NCBI GenBank assembly: GCA_951406725.2 | Contig: OX597820.1 | Coordinates: forward strand, 31,930,001 to 31,994,000 | Direction: 5' to 3' | DNA length: 64,000 bases | DNA from: Octopus vulgaris | Lineage: Eukaryota | The notes under the pieces: model-generated | Database searches by the model: none | What the model saw: the letters and a program-made list of their open reading frames with translations, nothing else | Told to the model about the DNA's origin: nothing | Made by a program: the position numbers and the translations under genes | Shown: piece by piece, positions 1 to 14,280 of the stretch | How positions within the stretch are numbered: the first letter of the stretch is position 1 | Layout: each line of letters starts with the position of its first letter

Positions 1-2240
<2,240 letters not shown>

Positions 2241-3464
2241 AGAGGAGACGTAGGACAGCGAGATTGATAGATAAAAACATTGTTAGATAGATGTATAAAT
2301 GAAGGAAAAGAACACTCAAAATGCTATTTTAGAGTTTGTATTTATTTATACAAGCTGATTGACTTAGATTCGCATTACTTAAAGTTTCACAGTTATGAGA
2401 AAAACAGCCTCGATCGTTCATAATCTTGCTTCTGTGTAAGAAATTTTTACTGCCATCGGGTATGTTTAGTTGTCACAGGATCATGGATAAGCGTCATCCT
2501 CATTTGCTTGTAGGATTGATACATATCGACTGGTACTGAGTGCTAGCGCAGAAGACTGTTGCTCACAGGGCAAGACTGTTGCAATATTTTCTAACTTGTC
2601 CAGCGAATGCCTCCAATTCTGATGGTCTCGACGGTTGGGAGCCGTCAGCGTTTGCTTTGTGGCCGGAGTTAGTAACTAGTGAGATATGCAACACAGGGGG
2701 CAATCTTAACACTATATAAAGAAGCAGTCTCTTTATCGTGGTTAAGTACTCCGGTATTAATAGTAAAGTTTGTTAATGATCACGGAAGTAAAGCTTATGA
2801 ATATATCTCTAGGCGTTTAAAGAATATATTAACAGCTAGTTATTTGTAATTAGTTCGCCCGATCTCTAATCTCCAGATAAAGCAGGATAAGAAGGAATGT
2901 TTTTTTTTTCTGTATCTGGAACTGATGGAATGCATGTGCTGATTAAACCTTCTCTTGAAATCAGTAATTGTAAGTCCTGTATTAACCACTTTGTCCAATT
3001 GTCCAATTCTTCATTTCTAGAACACCAGTCGAGAATTGCTTCAGGAAGAAGATCGCTCAGAAATACCTGAACGCATCCAGGACAGACGAGGCGCTTCAAT
3101 TCTTTGGCTGTTCCTCTAAGAGAAGGTAACTTCATACAAGTCTTGCATCCCGATACCTACTGGGCTCGTGGCAGTTGTTGCACCCAAACCAATACAATTT
3201 GAAGACGAGAGAAAGCGAGTGGCTCTGCACAAAATATGTTCGTTATAATATTATTCAACTGACACCAGCAGCAACACCATCTCAGAGTGAGATGTCCCAA
3301 AAGACCCAGTGAGGAGTCGGCCATTCACCTCTTTAGCTGCTCGTTTAAGAGATGGTAACTCCATATAAATCGTACATCCTGGTTACTGCTGGTGTCATGA
3401 TGCTCGTTGTGCCAGATCAATACAAGTTTGGGATTGGCTCTGGACAACCATATCCACTATAATA

Positions 3465-3673
3465 ATGGTTTCAGGTTTTGGCACAAGGCCAGTGATGTTG
3501 GAGAGATGGGGATAAGTCAATTACATCGACCCCCGTGTTCAATTGGTACTTATTTTACCAATCCCGACAGGATGAAAGACAAAGTGGGTGGCGTTTCAAC
3601 TCAGAATGTAGTTAGAAGAAATGCCATTAAGCATTTTACTCGGTGCGGTAAAGATTCTGCCCACTCGCCGCCT
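3465..3673 (-). mobile_element. SINE family C, degenerate copy
   Basis: Reverse complement aligns by eye to the copy at 61209-61436 (ggcgag.tgg.cagaa...tttcatcct...aagtacca...ggggtcgatgtaat). Confidence 0.8.
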
Positions 3674-4240
3674 TCATGTGCCCCATAATAATATTCATTG
3701 AGCAGGTTATTTAGCAAACCAAGACACCCAGACACGAGGACACCCACACTAACACCATCGTACTTTCTTCATAAGTCCAGTCGCAATAAGAAAAGAGACG
3801 AAGGGGACAAGTAGAGGATGCTACTGGATATCTTCAACATTGACCCTGCACACAGGCAGCTGAAAGGTAATAGCCGAGCAGCAGAGACTTGCTAAATCTT
3901 TATTCGTCCACTATACGATATTGTATAACACAGTGTATCGTGTACATCCCAGTATAGTCTATTGCAACGCTTCTTAAACTATGGGTCACGACCCCAAATG
4001 GGGTCGCGATAATTAAATTCAAACGCTTGAATATTAGTTTATATGTTATTTCACAAACGCAGAAATCCTAAAACTACTTATATTTTGACAAATAATATTA
4101 CTTTTTTTAAATATATATATGTATATATATATATTGTTTAGCAAAATAATAAATCATTAATGTATTTATTTGTATGTGTTATTTCATATTTAATACCTGG
4201 GGTCGCGAAAAATCTTGTGATGAAAAATGGGTTCATGAAC

Positions 4241-4495
4241 GGGCATATGGCGTAGTGGTTAAAAGCGCGGGCTACTAAACCCAAGGTTCCGAGTTCGATT
4301 CCAGGTACCGACCTGAATAATAATATTAATAACAACATCGAAAAAAATACCTTAGGAATGAGAACCCAGGTTCGAAATTTTCCCCCAAGACACCTGAAGA
4401 AGGCTGGAGGGTATATCAGCCGAAAAGTTGTGTTAACAACAAACAAGATGAGGACAAATATCCATCGAATGTAAATAATGTAAATAATGTAAATA
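4241..4495 (+). mobile_element. tRNA-headed SINE (family D) with an internal hammerhead motif and (TGTAAATAA)3 tail
   Basis: A box TGGCGTAGTGG 4248-4258 and B box GTTCGATTCC 4293-4302. Tandem tail. atgaa on both sides (probable TSD). Confidence 0.85.
4389..4434 (+). ncRNA. Minimal type I hammerhead ribozyme motif (one stem III substitution)
   Basis: gacac-CTGAAGA-a-GGCTG(gagggtatat)CAGCC-GAAA-agtt-gtgtt; stems I and II pair. Confidence 0.75.
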
Positions 4496-5316
4496 ATGAA
4501 AGAAAAAGTTTAAGAAGCGCTGGTCTAAAGTATAGTTTAATACAGTCTACATCAGGGGCTATCAACCATTTTTTTCACCTATGGACCCCTTTGATTTCTA
4601 TTTTATTCTGGCGGGCCCCCATAGCCATTAATTTTTAAAAACTAGTTTTATAAAACTAGCTTCTTTCTAAATGCCTATTTTGTTTTCACACTTGTGTACG
4701 TTGAACTACGTAAAATGTGAAAGAAAGAAACCTGTTTCTTGCAATACAGGCATCTAAGGCATGGGTTCTCAGCCATTTTTTATCCTTGAACCCTCTTGAT
4801 TCCTATTTTATGCTGGTAGATCCCTATTGCCATTCAATTTTTAAAAACTAGTTTTATAAAAACACCTTACAAAATTCCTATTTTGGCTTTTTTCACACAT
4901 TGTGTAGGTTGAACTATGTAAAATATTAGAGAAAGAAACCTAGCTGTTTCTTGCAATTAATGCCAATACATACATTTAACCCTATGAAAACGGTTTTTTA
5001 TCAGGCAGCTAAGTTGCACTGACGGTAATCATCTCGGCCGAGGACAGCAATTAGCGCACGACAACGGTTCGGCGTATATTTTGTCGCTTTAAAGCATGCA
5101 CTATTTATTTACGTAAACTGTCATCACTACGAGGACCATAAATTCAATGAAATTGGCATGGCTGGATGCGACTATAAATTCCGTGAAGGACCAGAAGAAT
5201 TTGCTGAATGTGTACGAATTTGATAGGAAGTCATAGTGGAAATGATGGTATAAGCATCAAAATTGCTGTTTTTGTACTATTATGGTGATGATGTCTCGAA
5301 CTGAGCCGAAAATATT

Positions 5317-5503
5317 TACTCTTTACTCTTTACTCTTTTACTTTTTTCTGTCATTTGAGTGCGGCCAAATCGACCCCAGGACTTATTCTTTGTAAGCCTA
5401 GTACTTATTCCATGGGTCTCATTCGCCGAACAACTAGGTCACGGGGACGTAAACACACAAGCATCGGTTGTCAAGCGATGTTGGGGGACAAACACAGACA
5501 TAC

Positions 5504-5567
<64 letters not shown>

Positions 5568-6241
5568 CTAGCAGTATCGCCCGGCGTTGCTCGGGTTTGT
5601 AAGGGAAATAACTATATAAGCATTTTTAGAGAGTTACTTCCTTATAGATGCCAATTCGAGCTTTCTTAGCCATTTCTGTTTTGGTGTCTTCAAGCCATGA
5701 AGTCGTTGTTCTAAAAGAACGCTGGTCTCCTTGACAACGCTTTACGACGTTGATTTCCTTACACTCCCTTCCCCACAGCTTCACGAGGGAGGGAAGAAGG
5801 AGGAGAAGCAAACAGGTGCAGGTGTGACCATGGACGCCAACTCCGCCGCCATCGACACACGAAAAATTATGCATTAAAATGGAATAAAAAATGATGTTAA
5901 ATTATTTTTAAAATCGTAGACTCATCGTAGACGCGCGCTAATACTCAGACGGGCTCGATATGAATCACGATATACCCGAATTTGGTTAAACTGCACCGCA
6001 AATTGTGGGAGTAGTTAGGAATCTAAATCGAAGGGGACAGACACTCACACAACTACAGTTTTATATATATAGATATACATATATACGACGAGCTTCTTTC
6101 AGTTTCCGCCTACCAAATCCACTCACAAGGCTTTGGTCGGCCCGAGGGATATAGTAGAAGACACTTGTCCAAGGTGCCATGCAGTAGGACTGAACCTGGA
6201 ACCATATGGTTGGTAAGCAAGCAACTTACCACACAGCCACT
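5317..6241 (-). mobile_element. SINE family A copy interrupted by a Helitron-like element
   Basis: (ctctttta)n tail at 5317-5342; body matches other family A copies; head at 6190-6241. Confidence 0.92.
5568..6073 (-). mobile_element. Non-autonomous Helitron-like element
   Basis: Minus strand starts TC(tatatata), has the subterminal hairpin CCCGAGCAACGCCGGG and ends CTAG. Inserted between A and T with no TSD. Confidence 0.85.
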
Positions 6242-6483
6242 ACACGAAGAAATATTTACAACTATCAATATTCCTTGGAAATTGCACGGTGGCCGGTATC
6301 ATCAATTCCGTGAGTGATAGCGGATATTTATATCAACCGGTACACAAACAGGTACAAAACTGCAGCAGATCTAGGGTTGGGTATATTTTCGTCATCTGAT
6401 TTAAAGCGAATACACAGCGCACAAATATTTACGTTAACCGATGTCATGGAGTTAAAGCAAAAACTTTTCAGGGCCCCTTAAAA

Positions 6484-7054
6484 TATTCGGTTGTCCGGAA
6501 AGTTCGTGCCTGATTTATAGTAGCTTACCTTTCGACTTAATTTAGAACATGGTTGAGTCCATAAAATAGGATTTGACTACACCTCCATTTAGAGCACAGT
6601 TTAAGCTATCTTTTCGTGGAAGAAGGTTTATGTTCCTATAACCTGTGTTAATTCTGTAACCCTTTAAAATGGAAGATAAGAAAATTCATTTTCGGAACTT
6701 GATACTTTGGGAACCAGACAAAAATTGCTTCAGCTCATCTGGGATGTCTTACCCCACCCTCCATATTCACCAGATATTGCTTCTTCGGATTTCCACTTAT
6801 TTAGGTCTCCCCAGAATAGTCTTAAAGGTAAAAATTTCAATTCCTTGGATGACGTAAAAAGATACCTTGATGAATTCTTTGCCATGAAACCACCTCAATT
6901 CTAAGAAGAGGGTATTTTCAAGTTAAAGGAAAGATGGAGACGCATTGTGCAACAAAATGGATCGTATTTGCTTGATTAAAAATGTAATGGCAAGTATTTA
7001 TTGACCTTTTTCTTTCCTTTAAAAATCGGCACGAACTTTTCGGACAACCCAATA
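6484..7054 (+). mobile_element. Internally deleted mariner element
   Basis: ~30-bp TIRs tattcggttgtccggaaagttcgtgcc / ggcacgaacttttcggacaacccaata. N-terminus MEDKKIHFRNLILWE is joined to C-terminus ...WDVLPHPPYSPDIASSDFHLF...RWRRIVQQNGSYL. Confidence 0.93.
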
Positions 7055-8445
7055 CTATTGTGAACCCCCAATTTAATATTTTGTTGCGTGGACCTCCAAA
7101 AATCTTATACGAACCGTCAGGGGCCATATGGATCCCAGTTGAGAACCAGTGTGGTGTTGTAGAGAGTAAAGGCGGTGGCCTTGGCAGTATTTCTAGTAGT
7201 TTCAATGGTGTTGTTGCTGGTGGTGGTGGTAGTGGTGGTGGTGGAGTTGCAGGCAATGGTGGTGGTGATGGTGACGGTGATGGTGATGGTGGTGGTAGTG
7301 GTAGTGGTGATTGTAGTGGTAATGGTAGTGTTGATGATGGTGGAGGTGGTGAACTGGTAGCAATACTGGGTTTGTAGTAGCGGTGGTTGTAGTAGTAGTG
7401 ATGGCAGTAGTGTGATAGTGATCCCAGGCACGTGATGGGGGTGGGGTTAAGGAAATAAGCAATGATAAGTGTTAAGAAGCAAAGGTTAGTAGTAGTAGTA
7501 GTAGTAGTTGTTGTTGTTGTTGTTGTGGTGGTGGTGGTGGTGATGGTGGTGATGGTAAGAAGTTGCCAACGTGTTGAGGATGTTTGGTTATCGGTGCCTA
7601 TCATTTGGTGTATCATCTTCTACTGATGGTGGCAGTTGTAGTGGTGGTGGTAGTAGTGGTGATGATGATGATGCTAGGGATGGCGGTGGTGGTGGTTGGT
7701 ACTGGTGATGATGATGATGAAGATGATGATGATGATGTCAATGATAATGGTGGTAGTGGTGATGGTGCTAGTGTTGATGATGGTGAAGATGCTGATGATG
7801 CTGATGGTTGTGGTGGTGGTGATGATGATGATTATGATGGTTAATGGTGATGGTGGTGTAGGTGGTGGATATTAGTGGTGATAGTGGTGTGGTCGTTGTT
7901 ATTGTGGTGATGGTGGTAGCGGAGGTGGAGGTGGTGGATGGTGGTGATAATGATGATGGTTGTGGTGGTGATGATGATGATTATGGTGGTTAATGGTGAT
8001 GGTGGTGGCGGAGGTAGATGGTGGTAGTGATGATGATGATTATGGTGGTAATGGTTATGGTGGTGATGGTGGCGGTGCTAATGGTGATGAGTGCGGTGAA
8101 GATGCTGATGGTTGTGTTGGTAATGGTAGTGGTGATGGTGGTGGGTCATGATTATGATACGGGTGGTGGTGATGATGATGGTGGTAGCAGCGGTGGTGGC
8201 GGCGGTAATGATGGTAATAGAGGTGGTGGGGGTTGATGGTGGTGGATGTGAGACAGTAGTGGTAGCAGGAGTGGTTGTAATTATGGTTGGAGGAATAGCT
8301 TTGATGTATGTGGTGGTTGGGGGTAATTTTGGTGGGGGGTATAAGGCTGATATTTGTGGGGGGATGCAGGGAGTATGCTGGTGGAGTTAGGCTAGTATTC
8401 GATGTGGTTGCCATGTGCTGAAATACTATGTTGTCGTTAGTGTTG

Positions 8446-8630
8446 TGGTTGTTGTTTGGCCATAGATCAAGTCTGATTGACCAGGTCAATAGCGAACGCA
8501 TTCCTACCGTGGCCATCCTGTATTTTATAACTTTGTACAACTCCGTTGTCTAATAAGAAAGGCCCTATTTTACTCAAGACGTTAAAATGGAATTTGAAAG
8601 GATTTTGCTGCTGTTTCTAGCAGGTAGAGA
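8446..8630 (-). mobile_element. SINE-like family B, (CAA)n-tailed, degenerate
   Basis: gattttgctgctgtttctagcaggt and ccgtggccatcc motifs shared with 9960-10128, 30665-30870, 32005-32225 and 37440-37625. Confidence 0.7.
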
Positions 8631-8745
8631 ACTTTCACTGTTAGTGGTAGATGTGGTAGATATAGTATAGGCGGTAGTTGTGGTGGTGGTGGTAGTGGTT
8701 GTAGTGGTGATGGTGATGAGGAAGAGGAGTGAGTGGACGATAATA

Positions 8746-8796
<51 letters not shown>

Positions 8797-8809
8797 GTGA
8801 TGATGATGG

Positions 8810-8842
<33 letters not shown>

Positions 8843-9235
8843 CAACGACGAAGACGACGACAACGACGATGATGATGGTGGTGATGATGATGATGACGAC
8901 GATGATTATGATGACGACGATAATGACAATAATGATAATGATGAAGACGACGACGACGACGAAGACGATGAAGATGATGATGATGATGGTGATGATGATG
9001 ATGATGACGACGATGATGATGACGATGATGACGATGATGACTGATGATGATGGCGGTGGTGACGACTAGCAATGTTGACGACGACGACGATGACATTTAT
9101 GCTGCTGCTAGTATTGTATTGATGATGATGATGATGATGATGATGATGTGAAAGACGCCTATGATGGTGATGTTGATTGATTCAAATTTCCTAAAAGCAA
9201 TAATATATATACGATGATGATGTTGATGATGATGT

Positions 9236-9276
<41 letters not shown>

Positions 9277-9959
9277 GTGGTGATGGTGATGATGATGATG
9301 ATAATGATGATGATGGGCGGAAGTAGAGGCAGAGGAGCAGGGGAACCAAAAATATAAACATCGGGTGAACGACCTACGCATAGATATAGACACAGTGGAG
9401 CTGTTGGGGGCGGTTGTGGTAGTGACGAGTGGTAGTGGTGGAGGTAGTTGTGGTGGCGGTGGTGGATGGGTGGTGGCAGTGGTGGTGGTGGAGGTGGTGG
9501 TGTAGTGGTGGAGGTGGTGGTGTAGTGGTGGGGTGGTTGTGGTGGCAGTGGTGGTTGTGGGGGTGGCAGTGGTGGTGGTGGTGGTGTCAGCGGTGTCGGC
9601 GGTGTTGGCGTGCGGTAGTGGTGGTGGTTGTGGTAGCGGTGGTGGCTGTGGCGGCGGCGGCAGCGGTGGTAGTTGTGACGGTAGTGGTTGTGGTGGATGT
9701 GTTTGTGTCGGTGGTAGTTGTCGCGTTAGTGATGGTGGTGGTGGTGCTGATAATTATGGTTGTAGTGGGGGTAGGGCGAGATCGGAGTGGTAATGATGGC
9801 TGTGGTGGTGATTGTTATGATGATGGTCATGGTGGCGGAGGGGTCGGTGGTGGTGTTGGTGATGGTGGTGGCGGTGGCGGCTGTTAGTGTTGGTGGTGGT
9901 GATGGCAGTGATGGCGGTGGTGGTGATAGTTCTGGTGGAAGTAATGTTAGTAGTCGTTG

Positions 9960-10128
9960 CTATTTCTGTTTCACCCAAGGTCAACCCTGAGAAAGTAGGC
10001 CCTTTAATCGAAAACACTTCATCCGTGGCCACCCTGTCTGATCCTATGTACTGGCAGCACAGGCTTACGTCATCCATCACGTTTTAATTCTTATTTTAAA
10101 CAAAAGGATGTGATTTGAGGGATGTTTG
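9960..10128 (-). mobile_element. SINE-like family B copy, interrupted by a family A SINE
   Basis: cccaaggtcaaccctga...ccgtggccaccc...gtgatttgagggatgtttggct; appears to resume at ~10628-10660. Confidence 0.7.
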
Positions 10129-10129
10129 G

Positions 10130-10366
10130 CTCTCTTTTACTCTTTTACTTGTTTCAGTCATTTGACTGTGGCCATGCTGGAGCACCGTTTTAGTCGAGCA
10201 AATCGACCCCAGGACTTATTCTTTGGAAGCCTAGATTTCTTTTGCCGAACCGCTAGGCTACGGGGACGTAAACACACCAGCATCTGTTGTCAAGCGATGT
10301 TGGGGGGACAGACACACAAGCATATACTCACACATACATACATACATACATACATACATACATACA

Positions 10367-10400
<34 letters not shown>

Positions 10401-10439
10401 CATACATACATACACACACACACACAAACACACACATAC

Positions 10440-10478
<39 letters not shown>

Positions 10479-10620
10479 CGACGGGATTCTTTCAGTTTCC
10501 GTCTACCAAATCCACTCACAAGGCTTTGGTCGGCCCGAGGCTATAGTAGAAGAGAGTTGCCCAAAGTACCACGCAGTGGGACTGAACCCGGTTGGTAAGC
10601 AAGTTACTTACCACACAGCC
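10130..10620 (-). mobile_element. SINE family A, near full length
   Basis: Tail, body, internal microsatellite and head all match family A. Confidence 0.93.
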
Positions 10621-10664
10621 ATTCCTAAGCTGTTAATTTTAGCTGATCGAAAGACAACCTAGAG

Positions 10665-10798
10665 CAGTCATGGGCAAAAATGCGGCCCGCGAGCAATTCT
10701 GAATGGCACACTTGAACGAAAAACTGACCATCACTTTTCTTTTAATAATGCGGCCCAACTAATGCGGCCCGTTTCTCGATAAAGGTTACCCAAGCATG
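10665..10798. mobile_element. Short hAT MITE
   Basis: Degenerate TIRs cagtcatgggcaa / ttacccaagcatg. 8-bp flanks acctagag / gcctagaa. Three tgcggccc motifs. Confidence 0.75.
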
Positions 10799-10956
10799 GC
10801 CTAGAAGCTTCCTTGTACAGCGTTTGTCGTAGTGGACTGCTAAAGTTGTGATGGCCACGGTCATTACCATAACATTAAGGCGGCGGTGGTGACGGTGGTG
10901 ATGGCGGCGGTGATAATAGTTATGATACAGTTAGTAGTGTTTATGTTGTTAGATGG

Positions 10957-11315
10957 TAGTGGTGGTAGTGATAGTGGTAGCAGTGGTGGTTATGGTATAG
11001 ACGACAATGATGTTGTTGGTGGCGAGGATTGTAGTGTTGGTAGTGATAGTGGTAGCAGTGGTGGTTATGGTATAGACGACAATGATGTTGTTGGTGGCGA
11101 GGATTGTAGTGTTGGTAGTGATAGTGGTAGCAGTGGTGGTTATGGTATAGACGACAATGATGTTGTTGGTGGCGAGGATTGTAGTGGTGGTAGTGATAGT
11201 GGTAGCAGTGGTGGTTATGGTATAGACGACAATGATGTTGTTGGTGGCGAGGATTGTAGTGTTGGTAGTGATAGTGGTAGCAGTGGTGGTTATGGTACAG
11301 ATGACAATGATGTTG
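10957..11315. repeat. 75-bp minisatellite, ~4.7 near-identical copies
   Basis: cagtggtggttatggta recurs at 10981, 11056, 11131, 11206 and 11281. Confidence 0.95.
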
Positions 11316-11658
11316 GTGGTGGTGATGGAGGTGGTGTTGGTGGTGGTGTTGGTGATGGTATTGATGGTGGTGGTGGCGAGGATGGTAGTGGTGGGGATGA
11401 TAGTGGTGGGGATGATAGTGGTAGCATTGGTGGTTATGGTATAGACGATAATGATATTGGTGGTGGTACTAATAGTAGCAGTAATATTGGTGGTGATGGT
11501 GGTGGTGGTGTGCTTGATGACTACAAAATTATTTGTCTCGTCACTAACTTATTAGCCAATCGTCAGCGAAGATTTTGTGGTTGTTCTAGTCCTACACCGC
11601 CACCACCATTAACCACCACCACCACCATCACCACCTTCATCGTCATCATCATCATCAA

Positions 11659-11694
<36 letters not shown>

Positions 11695-12122
11695 TATCGT
11701 CAACATCAATGCCAGCATCAATAGCACCACTACCAACACCACCACCACTACCACCACATCCACCGTCTGCACCACTCCCCATCATAATAACCAGTTGTAT
11801 AACCACCACCACTAGTACTACCACCACCACCACCACCATCACACCACCACCATCATCACCATCATCTCAATCACAACCATCAGCATCATCACCACCACAG
11901 CCACCATCATCATCATCATCATCATCGTCATCGTTACCACCACCACCACCACCACCATCACTGCCGCCACCACCACCACCTCCACCGCCACGTCGACGAC
12001 CACCACCACGACCACCGCCACCACCATCATCACTGCTGCCGCCGCCGCCACCACCACTACCACCGCCACAACCATCATCACTGTCGCCGCCACCACCACT
12101 GCCACCACCACCACTACCACCT

Positions 12123-12155
<33 letters not shown>

Positions 12156-12922
12156 TCGTCATCGTTACCACTACCACCACCACCATCACTGCCGACACCA
12201 CGACCACCGCCACCGCCACTACAACGACCACCACCACGACCACCACGACCACCGCCACCACCATCATCACTGCCGCCGCCGCCGCCGCCGCCACCACCAC
12301 CATCATCATCATCACTGTCGCCGCCACCACCACCACTGCCACCGCCACCACCACCACCACCACCACCACCACCACCACCACCACCACCACCACCACCATC
12401 ATCATCATCACCACCACCACTCACCATTCATCATCATCATCACCGTCATCAACACCACCAGTACGGAGTACACCACAACCACAACCACACCCACCACTAC
12501 CACCGTCAACAACAACAAAACAATGATGACTGTACAAACTGCCTAAATTTGTTGATTACTAATCTTGTTGCTGATAATGTTGTTGCTGCTATTTTTTTTA
12601 TTGATGCTGAAATTTTTCCGCTGTTGCTATTGTTGTTGTTGTTGGTAGTGGTGGTGGTGGTGGTGGTGATGATGCAGTTGTTGTTGTAATTGTTGTTATT
12701 GTTGTAGTGGATGTAGACGTTGTTATTGCGGTTGCGTTTGTTGTTGTTGTTTAACCCCAGGTCAACTCTCATCCACTCGTACGTAAGTAGCAATGGGTTA
12801 CCCTGACACATAGATCGTTGTTCGGCCGCAAAGTCGAGATTCGATCCACAGAAAGCAGCACCCCAGTTTATACTTGGCCTCCTTCAGGGTGGCACCCCAC
12901 CCCAAGACACACACACATACAC

Positions 12923-12961
<39 letters not shown>

Positions 12962-13164
12962 CACACATACACACACACCGACATACAATGATGAATCACG
13001 TATAACGTGATGGTGCATTGCTGCAGTCTGGGCGTATTGCACTTTGTCCACTTTGTAGAGAGCATCAATGCTTTCCTTGTTGTTAACGTGATTGTTGTAG
13101 CTGTTGTTTGTGTTATTGCGGTTACTGACAATGGCAGTTATGTAACGGGTGAGTAGCGAAGGAA

Positions 13165-13490
13165 CGTCGCTTAGTGGTTAGGGTGTTGGATTCAAGACCG
13201 TAAGATTGTGGTTTCGATTCCTGGACCGGGCGATGTTCCAATCCATTCAGCGGGCAAAAATGAGTCATCCTACGATGGACTAGCGTCCCATCCAGGTGCA
13301 GATTTTAAACGCCAAGGAAACCAGGAGATCGACGCGTCGTGTTCTTAAGCAAGACACTTCATTTCACGTTGCTCCAGTCCACTCAGCTGGCAAAAATGAG
13401 TAATTCTGCGACGGATTGGCGTCCCGTCCAGGGGGAGAATATATATATGCACTTCAGAAACCGGGGAATTGCCCCTATGAACCCTATGAG
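13165..13490 (+). mobile_element. tRNA-headed SINE (family E) with a diverged internal duplicate
   Basis: A box-like cgcttagtggttag and B box-like tttcgattcc. Body gtgttcttaagcaagacactt...ctccagtccactcagctggcaaaaatgagt...ggcgtcccgtccaggggg. A related diverged segment lies at 13236-13330. Confidence 0.75.
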
Positions 13491-13511
13491 CCCGTATGAT
13501 CCTTTCTACTA

Positions 13512-13705
13512 TAGGCACAAGGTCTGAATTCTTGTGAGGAGGGGGCTAGTCGATTACATCGACCCAGTACTTTATGATACTTGTTTTACCGACCTCGAAA
13601 GGATGGAAGACAAAGTCGGCCTCGGCAGAACTTGAACTCTGAACGAAAGACGGAAGAAATGCTGCTAGGCATTTTGTCCGGCGTGCTAACGATTCTGCCA
13701 GAGCA
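13512..13705 (-). mobile_element. SINE family C copy
   Basis: gtcgattacatcgaccc...aaaggatggaagacaaagtcggcctcggcagaacttgaactctgaacg...gtgctaacgattctgccag. Confidence 0.85.
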
Positions 13706-13894
13706 CCGTTTTACACAGCATGTAATTACGGTAATGTGGCGGAAGTGAAAATTTTCACACATGTGAGGATCGAAAACGCGTCGAAAGCTTCGTAGGGTTT
13801 CTTTGTTTCATGATGTTGATGATGACGATGACAACGACGATGACAACGATGATGATGATGTGGATGATGATGATGAGGAGCATGTTGATGGGCG

Positions 13895-14280
13895 GCGGCC
13901 ATGCTGGGGCATCATCTTGAAGAAATTTTAATCGAATCAAATATAGTACTAATTTTTTAAAGACTAGTACCTATTCTAAAGGTCTTTTTGGCGAACCGCT
14001 AAGTTAAGGTGACATGATCAAACAAACACCGGTTGTCAAACAGTTGGTGGGGGTCGGGGGGATAACACAAGCACAAATACACATGGAGTCATATACACGC
14101 ACATATATATGTATGACAGGCTTCCATACAGTTTCCGTTTACCAAATTCACTCTCAAGACATTGGTCGGGCCGGTGCTACAGAAGAAGACACTTGCCCAT
14201 GATTCCGTGCAGTGGAATCGAACCTGAAACTACGTAGTTGTAAAAACGAGATTCTTGACCACAGAGCCAGGCCGGCGGCT
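13895..14280 (-). mobile_element. Old SINE family A copy
   Basis: ggccatgctgg...gaaccgctaagtta...cagtttccgtttaccaaattcactc...gaagacacttgccca. Confidence 0.85.

Larger units (their letters stand above)
3965..4522. mobile_element. hAT (Charlie-like) MITE carrying a nested SINE
   Basis: TIRs caacgcttcttaaact / agtttaagaagcgctg. Flanking 8-mers gtctattg / gtctaaag match 6/8. ggggtcgcga subterminal motifs. Confidence 0.8.
4980..6451. mobile_element. Non-autonomous TTAA-flanked (piggyBac-like) element
   Basis: TTAA at 4976-4979 and 6452-6455. Terminal 16-mers ccctatgaaaacggtt and (reverse complement) ctccatgacatcggtt match 12/16. Confidence 0.55.
4552..7151. mobile_element. hAT-type MITE with duplicated left part (4552-4750 and 4760-4960), split by nested insertions
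   Basis: Left ends caggggctatcaacc and catgggttctcagcc. Right end gttgagaaccagtg at 7138-7151. ggaccccc-like subterminal motifs at both ends. Confidence 0.65.

Noticed and set aside
3810-3870. Exon-like RMLLDIFNIDPAHRQLK|gtaata
   Set aside because: No polypyrimidine acceptor and no recognisable homology.
4241-4310. tRNA gene (also 13165-13230 and 52575-52615)
   Set aside because: A/B boxes are present but there is no complete cloverleaf; these are SINE heads.
10957-11315. CRISPR-like array
   Set aside because: The units are whole-length tandem copies without unique spacers, and the context is eukaryotic.
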